From positions 29,698,001 to 29,762,000 of the forward strand of contig OZ024745.1 of assembly GCA_964016885.1 (NCBI GenBank): a stretch of DNA of 64,000 bases, written 5' to 3'. How positions within the stretch are numbered: the stretch's first letter is position 1; each line of letters begins with the position of its first letter. This document shows, one piece after another, positions 55,850 to 64,000 of this stretch. The notes under the pieces are model-generated. The model was not told the origin of the DNA and searched no databases. It saw only the letters and a program-made list of their open reading frames with translations. The DNA is from Eledone cirrhosa. Taxonomy: Eukaryota. The translations under genes were made by a program, and so were the position numbers.

Positions 55850-56075
55850 CTCATCTAGAGTGGGTAAAATTCCCGAGATCCATGGACGAGTTCTCTCCAG
55901 CGGTCTCTGTCCCTCATTATCGCTGCCATGTCCTGCATCTCCAACAGACCAGTGTCTGTCCTTAGGGCATCAACATACGTTAACCTTGGTCTTCCTCTTC
56001 CAGTGTGTCCATGTAGGGGCTCCCACAGGAGCACTGAGTGCAATGTCAACTCTGGATTGACCTTCTCGGTGAAGG
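55850..56075 (-). mobile_element. RTE-type LINE 3' fragment
   Basis: LLWEPLHGHTGRGRPRLTYVDAL...MRDRDRWR. Confidence 0.75.
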
Positions 56076-56107
<32 letters not shown>

Positions 56108-57853
56108 GTCCTATACGAGTGAGACACGGCCACCCGATTAATCTTACCTCAAGTGGGACAATTCCCATCTAACCCATGCTAGCGTGGAAGATAGATGTTA
56201 AACGATGATGATGATGATATATATTTATATAATACAGAGTAAGAGTGAGAGAGAGAGAGAGAGAGTGAGAGAGTTGTTGCAGAGTTAGTGTTGCAGCATA
56301 TGTACAACATTTATTTGCATATTACAATTGTTTTGATATCGATCATCTCAGGGTTCAATCAAGACACAGCTAAACTAAACAGTTTAGCTGTCTTTGTGCA
56401 TGTAATCTAGCATATCTGATGAAATATCAAAAAAGAGTTGGGCCTTGTCACCTGGAGCTGATTGATATCGAACCATATAGTCTTTACACCTGCCGATGAG
56501 CTCTGAGAGGTTATGGTACCAACACTGTTTATGGTGAAACATTCTCTTCTTTGAGTTTGTCCAGGTGTTTTAAAGGTGGATCTGTTCATTTTAATTAACT
56601 TTTTTAATTATTATGTATTTTTTACACTTTTTGTAGACTTTATGCTTTTCACTCTAGTGGTTCTCTACCCCTCGTAATTGAAAACATACCCTTTCGTGTT
56701 TTCTTCTCTATATATTCTATTATATATATATATATTGAAATAAAAATTATTCCAATCATATTATACCATAAATCAGCTCAAATATGCTTTATTCAAGCTA
56801 AAATCTGTATTTTGCAGAGCATTATTTATACAAAATTTTGGTAGAGGGTCGGACACTATGCTTTGACGCATAGAGTTACGGCCCTTGCCATTCTGAGTTC
56901 AAATCCCGCCGAGGTTAACTTTGCCTTTCATCCTTATGGGGGTCGATAAAATAAAGTACCAGTAATGCACTGAGGTAATTGCCGGCCTTGTGCCAAAAGT
57001 AGAAACAATTATTTATACAAAATTTTATTTAGATATAATACTAAAATATATTAATTATTAAGAACATAGCAAGCAAAAATATACTTAAGGAAAAAATATA
57101 AGTTTACCTGCATTTTGTTCAGACTGCAGTTTCACCATGATTAAGAAATTAGACTAATTAACATAGTTGATTAATTAATGAAAATTTTTATAACTTATCA
57201 GTGGACTAATCTTAAGATATACTAATTAATAGCTATTTCAAGAAAAACTGTAACAAATTTTCTTGTGTTGGAAAGAAGCATCTAGACTGAACAGATATTT
57301 CAGATAAAAGGAAAATGTCAGGATGAATTCCATGTGGTTTAGCTGTAGTTATTCAGTGTATACTTAATATATATAGATATTCAAAAGTAAGGTTGTTTTT
57401 TTTTAATATATCCCACACAGGTAAACATATAGGAAAAAGTTGAAAATGCAATTGGACTCGTTAAGAAGATTTATTTACTGGTTTCACAAGTTTCATGATT
57501 TTCCAAAGTTTAGAGAGATAGAGAGATTGTGGCTCTGCCATCTAACCGATATTGGCAATTTCTTTCCAATTTATGCAAAAAATATAGTTCAGATTGCTAT
57601 GTTTGAAGTACAATTTGATAGGTTGAGGAAGATCAAATGATTTGGCATCGAATTTTGTTGTAATTTTGTGCCAAAAATTTAGTGCCAAAAATTCAGTTTT
57701 ATGCAGAAAGGTGGCTCAAATTGCTATCTGTTTAAAATATAATTTAATAGGCTGAGGATGATTAAGTGATTAGGCATCAAATTCTGTATTAATAATTGTT
57801 AGTATTATGTAAGTGTATTACCATATTTAAAATGTTTTATATTTTGGGCTCAG

Positions 57854-57963
57854 TGAAAAAGGTGAGTGTGGTCCTGTGATGCGAAGTATGTCCAAGACTA
57901 ATAGTAACAACACAGGTATTGTGTACAGTCGTATTGGTCATTTCCACAGCCAAATGAGATGGA
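57854..57963 (+). CDS. Multi-domain lipocalin, exon 7 (EKGECGPVMRSMSKTNSNNTGIVYSRIGHFHSQMRW/N)
   Basis: Phase 2/1 like exon 3, with Cys at the same offset; gtaagt donor. Confidence 0.78.
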
Positions 57964-58044
57964 GTAAGTAAGAGTTTTATTTTACACTTTACTGTCTTTT
58001 ACTGCTTAACCAGGGAGGGAAGGTCACTGCTATCACTTTTCATG

Positions 58045-59858
58045 CTTTCATTACAATATTTTTAATGGAAAATTTTGATAATGATTTTAACCCTTTCATT
58101 ACAATATTTTTAATGGAAAACTTTGATAATGATTTTAACCCTTTCATTACAATATTTTTAATGAAAAATTTTGATAATGATTTTAACCCTTTCATTACAA
58201 TATTTTTAATGAAAAATTTTGATAATGATTTTAACCCTTTCATTACAATATTTTTAATGAAAAATTTTGATAATGATTTTAACCCTTTCATTACAATATT
58301 TTTAATGAAAAATTTTGATAATGATTTTAACCCTTTCATTACAATATTTTTAATGAAAAATTTTGATAATGATTTTAACCCTTTCATTACAATATTTTTA
58401 ATGAAAAATTTTGATAATGATTTTAACCCTTTCATTACAATATTTTTAATGAAAAATTTTGATAATGATTTTAACCCTTTCATTACAATATTTTTAATGA
58501 AAAATTTTGATAATGATTTTAACCCTTTCATTACCATATTTTTAATGAAAAATTTTGATAATGATTTTAACCCTTTCATTACAATATTTTTAATGAAAAA
58601 TTTTGATAATGATTTTAACCCTTTCATTACAATATTTTTAATGAAAAACTTTGATAATGATTTTAACCCTTTCATTACAATATTTTTAATGAAAAACTTT
58701 GATAATGATTTTAACCCTTTCATTACAATATTTTTAATGAAAAACTTTGATAATGATTTTAACCCTTTCATTACAATATTTTTAATGAAAAATTTTGATA
58801 ATGATTTTAACCCTTTCATTACAATATTTTTAATGAAAAATTTTGATAATGATTTTAACCCTTTCATTACAATATTTTTAATGAAAAATTTTGATAATGA
58901 TTTTAACCCTTTCATTACAATATTTTTAATGAAAAATTTTGATAATGATTTTAACCCTTTCATTACCATATTTTTAATGAAAAATTTTGATAATGATTTT
59001 AACCCTTTCATTACAATATTTTTAATGAAAAATTTTGATAATGATTTTAACCCTTTCATTACAATATTTTTAATGAAAAATTTTGATAATGATTTTAACC
59101 CTTTCATTACCATATTTTTAATGAAAAATTTTGATAATGATTTTAACCCTTTCATTACAATATTTTTAATGAAAAATTTTGATAATGATTTTAACCCTTT
59201 CATTACAATATTTTTAATGAAAAATTTTGATAATGATTTTAACCCTTTCATTACAATATTTTTAATGAAAAATTTTGATAATGATTTTAACCCTTTCATT
59301 ACAATATTTTTAATGAACAATTTTGTTAATGATTTTAACCCTTTCATTACAATATTTTTAATGAAAAATTTTGATAAAGATTTTAACCCTTTCATTACAA
59401 TATTTTTAATGGAAAACTTTGATAATGATTTTAACCCTTTCATTACAATATTTTTAATGAAAAATTTTGATAATGATTTTAACCCTTTCATTACAATATT
59501 TTTAATGAAAAACTTTGATAATGATTTTAACCCTTTCATTACAATATTTTTAATGGAAAACTTTGATAATGATTTTAACCCTTTCATTACAATATTTTTA
59601 ATGAAAAATTTTGATAATGATTTTAACCCTTTCATTACAATATTTTTAATGAAAAACTTTGATAATGATTTTAACCCTTTCATTACAATATTTTTAATGA
59701 AAAATTTTGATAATGATTTTAACCCTTTCATTACAATATTTTTAATGAAAAATTTTGATAATGATTTTAACCCTTTCATTACAATATTTTTAATGGAAAA
59801 ATTTTGCCTATGATTTTACCCTTTCATTATCATATTTTTAATGAAAAGTTTTGCCTAT
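58045..59858. repeat. 48-bp tandem satellite, about 38 near-identical copies
   Basis: Unit CTTTCATTACAATATTTTTAATGAAAAATTTTGATAATGATTTTAACC. Confidence 0.97.
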
Positions 59859-60226
59859 GGAGGTGTTGGTAGTGGTGATTTTAAAAATTTTTAAATATTC
59901 TACTTTCCTTTAGAAAATTTCTACTTTTGATTGAAAAATAATATAAAATGCTATTGCAGTATTTGTTCAGGTTCTTTACATTTTGAATTCAAATTCTGCC
60001 ATCATCAACTTTGCCTTTTGTACTTCCGAAGTCAATAAAATAAAGTACCAGTTAAGTACTGGAATCGTTATAATTGACGCCCCCCCCCCTCCATAAATCG
60101 TTGGCCTCGTGTCTAAATTAGAACTCATTATGATATTGCAGTCGTATTTTGAAAATTGAAAAAAAAAACAAAACAATTTTACTATTGTTTTTGATTTTAT
60201 TCTTTCTCTGTCTTACCCTCTTACAG

Positions 60227-60436
60227 ACATCATGAAAACTCTATATTCAGACGAACACTACACATTGAGTTATTTCTGCTTTGGACAGTTTAACCTCTCA
60301 TGTCCCAGGAACTTCACAGAAATTCGTCTGGATAGCAGAAAGAAAGATATTGAACCTTCATTCAAAAGAACAATGTTCCAGCTTCTACAGAAAGTCTGTT
60401 TAACAGCAAATAATATGAAAGATATACAATATGGAG
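60227..60436 (+). CDS. Multi-domain lipocalin, exon 8 (IMKTLYSDEHYTLSYFC...LDSRKKDIEP...VCL...)
   Basis: 210 nt and phase 1/1, exactly as exon 4; aligned SD/TD, C..C and SR...IEP motifs. Confidence 0.83.
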
Positions 60437-60547
60437 GTAGTCTTTTGTTGTTTTATTCTTTTACTGGCTTCAGTTGTTAGACTGTGGCCATTCTGGGGCA
60501 CCACTTGAAGGGAAATGGCTTGATCATAGCAACCACAGTTCTCTTGG

Positions 60548-61240
60548 GTGTTGGTTGGTGGGTGTTAGTGGGTGTTGGTGGGTGTTGGTGGGTGTTGGTG
60601 AGTGTTGGTGGGTGTTGGTGAGTGTTGGTGGGTGTTGGTGGGTGTTGGTGGGTGTTGGTGGGTGTTGGTGAGTGTTGGTGGGTGTTGGTGGGTGTTGGTG
60701 GGTGTTGGTGGGTGTTGGTGAGTGTTGGTGGGTGTTGGTGGGTGGGTGTTGGTGGGTGTTGGTGAGTGTTGGTGGGTGTTGGTGAGTGTTGGTGGGTGTT
60801 GGTGGGTGGGTGGGTGTTGGTGGGTGTTGGTGGGTGTTGGTGAGTGTTGGTGGGTGGGTGTTGGTGGGTGGGTTTTGGTGGGTGTTGGTGGGTGTTGGTG
60901 GGTGTTGGTGGGTGTTGGTGGGTGTTGGTGGGTGGGTGTTGGTGGGTGGGTTTTGGTGGGTGTTGGTGGGTGTCGTTGGGTGTTGGTGGGTGTTGGTGGG
61001 TGTTGGTGGGTGTTGGTGGGTGTTGGTGGGTGTTGGTGGGTGGGTGTTGGTGGGTGGGTGTTGGTGGGTGTTGGTGGGTGTTGGTGGGTGTTGGTGGGTG
61101 TTGGTGGGTGTTAGTGGGCGGATGTTGGTGGGTGGATGTTGGTGGATGTTGGTGGGTGTTGGTGGGTGTTGGTGTCTGGGTGGGTGGGTGTTGCTGGGTG
61201 TTGGTGGGTGTGGGTGGGTGTTAGTGACTGGGTGGGTGGG
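60548..61240. repeat. (GGTGTTGGTG)n 10-bp minisatellite
   Basis: Direct inspection. Confidence 0.95.
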
Positions 61241-61964
61241 GCTAATGATTGGTAGAATCATTAAAGAGTCATATGGGATATATTCTGTGATATATTTTAG
61301 CTCTGTTCTTTTTGAATTGAAATCTTGCTGAGGTCAGCTTTTCCTTTCATTCTTTTGGGAAACAATTATTACTGCTCTGACAAAAGGCTTTGTGGAATTT
61401 TGTAATGACTTTCTGTCTTTTTGAGTTCAAATCCCACTGAGGTCAGCTTTGCCTTTCATCCTTCCGGGGGCAATATAAAATAAAGTACCAGTTAAATACT
61501 GGGGGAGCCAATGTAATTGACTTTTCTCTCTCCACAAATTGTTGACCTAGTGTCAAAATTAGAAATAATCATGTGAGTGTGTGTGTGTATATAAGTATAT
61601 GTGCATGTGTGTATGCTCAGGTGTATATGGACACATGCATGTGTGCACATGTGTATGTGTGTGTGCTCATGTGTGTGCACATGAGTGTAAGTGTGTACAT
61701 GTGTATGTATGCACATGTGTGTGTGTGCCTGTGTGTCTAGGTGCATGTGTATCTGTGTGCATATGTGTGTGTGCTCGTGTGTTTCACTATGTATGTGTGT
61801 GTGTGTGTGCTCGTGTGTTTCACTATGTATGTGTGTGTGTGTGTGTGTTTGTGTGTATGCGTTCACATGTGTGCATGTGTGTGTGTGTACTCGTCTGTTT
61901 CACTATGTATGTGTGTCCTCTGACAATAACTATGTTTTCTCTCCTTTCTCACCATTTTCCCTAG

Positions 61965-62009
61965 CCAACTGCAGTTCAGTTTTAAAAGAAGTTGTTGACA
62001 AAGAACAGA
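61965..62009 (+). CDS. Multi-domain lipocalin, exon 9 (ANCSSVLKEVVDKEQ/K)
   Basis: Strong polypyrimidine tract and tag acceptor; gtaagt donor; phase 1/1; supplies the C-terminal Cys of domain 2. Confidence 0.75.
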
Positions 62010-62245
62010 GTAAGTTGAGATTAACTCTTTTGATACAATATTACTTCCTTGTCAGGAGTATAGGGACTGTGACGTCACAAGACTGTCCCTATAACCCCAC
62101 TTTTCTGATATGAAATACTCTACTTATTTCTTTCAAATAATTGTGTGGTGAATAATCTTCAATGCGAACAAATATTAAGTTAGTGTTTAGTATATCATCA
62201 TCATCAACATCATCATCATCGTCATCATCATCATCACCACCGCCG

Positions 62246-62278
<33 letters not shown>

Positions 62279-62690
62279 TTTAATGTTTGTTTTACATGCT
62301 AGCAAGGGTCAGAAAAGTCTTCATAGGCAAAATCAATACTGAAACGAGACTATAGATATCTATGGCAGGTTATGAGCCTGCATCTCGCTTACATATGGTC
62401 CTGCACTCTACTGAGTGAATTTTATCATAACACCAGCACTATGGAGGTTGTCATGTCTTTGACACAACTGTAGAATCCTCTCAACCCTTTATTTGGCATT
62501 GTTTCTACAACTGGATGCCCTTCATAATACCAACTACTTTACAGAGTGTATAGGGTGCATTTTAGCATAGAACCAGCAATAGAGGATTCAAAACGGAATG
62601 TAAATATATCAATTTCTGTGTTTTGTTTAAATGGTTAAAATGGCTCTTCTCCAATGTATTTATTGTTATTTCAATTATATTTTACTAAAG

Positions 62691-62770
62691 AGCAATTTAT
62701 GAACACTGCTGATGGTATCTGTAGGAAAGAAAATATGCCACTAATGAATTCACACCCTGAAAAGGGCCAG
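62691..62770 (+). CDS. Multi-domain lipocalin, exon 10 (QFMNTADGICRKENMPLMNSHPEKGQ), probable start of a third domain
   Basis: Phase 1/0 like exon 5; CAG|gtaatt donor; no stop codon, so the gene continues beyond the window. Confidence 0.62.
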
Positions 62771-63008
62771 GTAATTGTGTTTATATATCAACATTTTGTT
62801 ATCTACAAAATATAAATATATCATAAAACACACAAATTAATTCCATATAATAAACTATATTTAATTGAAATGTTCATAGAATTTTGTGTTTCCATTTAAG
62901 CCATGTTGTTGTTGGTCTCTCAGTCAAAATTCTCTTCACACATACTCCTTAGAATGAGCATAAGTACATATGTGTGTGGTACATATATAAGTACATATAT
63001 GTGTGTAT

Positions 63009-63057
<49 letters not shown>

Positions 63058-63058
<1 letters not shown>

Positions 63059-63492
63059 CCAAAGATTAGTATGGTTCATTGATTACTCAATGAATACAAT
63101 TTTACAATAGATTAGAAGCACTCAACAATAAGGTTTTCCTGGAGTTTTTAATATTATTCAAAATATTAACAAATGAAAAATATTCTCATAATCAAAATAT
63201 ATACTTTATTATATATATTTCAAAGGTACTGTGTTGTTTTTTCAGTACGTCCTCATCAGATAAAATATATGATTTGATATATGACATACCGCTAGGGTCT
63301 TGAATATTCAATTCCAGTATTGGCAGTGCTGGAATTGAATATTCAAGACCGTAGCGGTATGTCATATATCAAATCATATATTTTGTCTGATGAGGACGTA
63401 CTGAAAAAACAACACAGTACCTTTGAAATATATATAATAAAGTATATATTTTGATTATGAGAATATTTTTCATTTGTTAATATTTTGAATAA

Positions 63493-63495
<3 letters not shown>
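63058..63495 (-). mobile_element. Fold-back PLE-like element (family G) with complete hammerheads at 63205-63264(-) and 63382-63441(+)
   Basis: About 170-bp arms 63151-63320 and 63326-63495. UUU(A/G)U-CUGAUGA-GGAc GUACUG...CAGUAC cUUU-GAAA-UAUAUA-UA-AUAAA. (TA)n on both sides. Confidence 0.85.
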
Positions 63496-63539
<44 letters not shown>

Positions 63540-63741
63540 AAAATTGACTAGTTCATAATCTGTTCCCTGAAATCTTTCTGTGTGGTAAAAGACACTTTCA
63601 ATGTCAGTGATATTTGTCCTGTTCTCTCCTGTTATTTGTCCTGTTCTCTATTTTTTGCCATTTCTCTGACACTTCTATGTTATTCTCTTCATTAGTAGAG
63701 TCCAATAGTGTTAGGCTTATGCCCTTGTGCGCATGGGCTTC

Positions 63742-64000
63742 GTCTTCTTCTTCTTCTTCTTCTTCTTGAGAGGGTTGAGGAGACAAAATCCAAAACACTC
63801 CGTATCCCATTGATTTAGCTGTATCCCATAGTGAGACCAGCTAAGCTCATGGATGTTATCCAATTATCTTGCTCGAGATCTACCCCTGGGTCTCCTGCCA
63901 GTTGGTTTTGCCTGTAAAATCTGTTTAGCGATTCTTTCCTGAGACATTCTAACCACCCATGCCCGTAGTCTTGGGCTGTGATCTCTCAATACAGCTTCTT
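63742..64000 (-). mobile_element. RTE LINE 3' fragment with (GAA)n tail
   Basis: Homologous to 31685-31925. Confidence 0.75.

Noticed and set aside
58040-59813. 579-aa and 582-aa ORFs as proteins
   Set aside because: They are translations of a 48-bp satellite inside an intron and have no unique sequence.

Overview
AT-rich, microsatellite-saturated animal genomic DNA. The repeat landscape suggests a coleoid cephalopod such as Octopus (inference only). Two spliced protein-coding genes can be built by hand on the + strand. (1) A complete 8-exon RABL3 gene: CDS 13728-29592, 232 aa. (2) A secreted multi-domain lipocalin: 10 exons, 41922 to beyond 62770, 389 aa inside the window. It has a signal peptide, two lipocalin units with repeating exon structure, the probable start of a third, and one GC-AG intron; it runs off the window. 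The rest is mobile DNA: Helitron ends, Tx1/L1-, CR1-, RTE- and R4-like LINE copies, tRNA-derived SINEs, a Tc1/mariner MITE and a 48-bp satellite. The most unusual signal is a population of short non-coding elements, mostly within or beside (TA)n tracts. They carry about 20 type I hammerhead ribozyme motifs with self-complementary helix III, including U3-A8 and G-C-A-A core variants and a recurrent C-C mismatch in stem II. They often occur as long fold-back palindromes whose apex is fixed within a family. These look like Penelope-like element (PLE) pLTR derivatives. All coordinates were read by eye and repeat boundaries are approximate.
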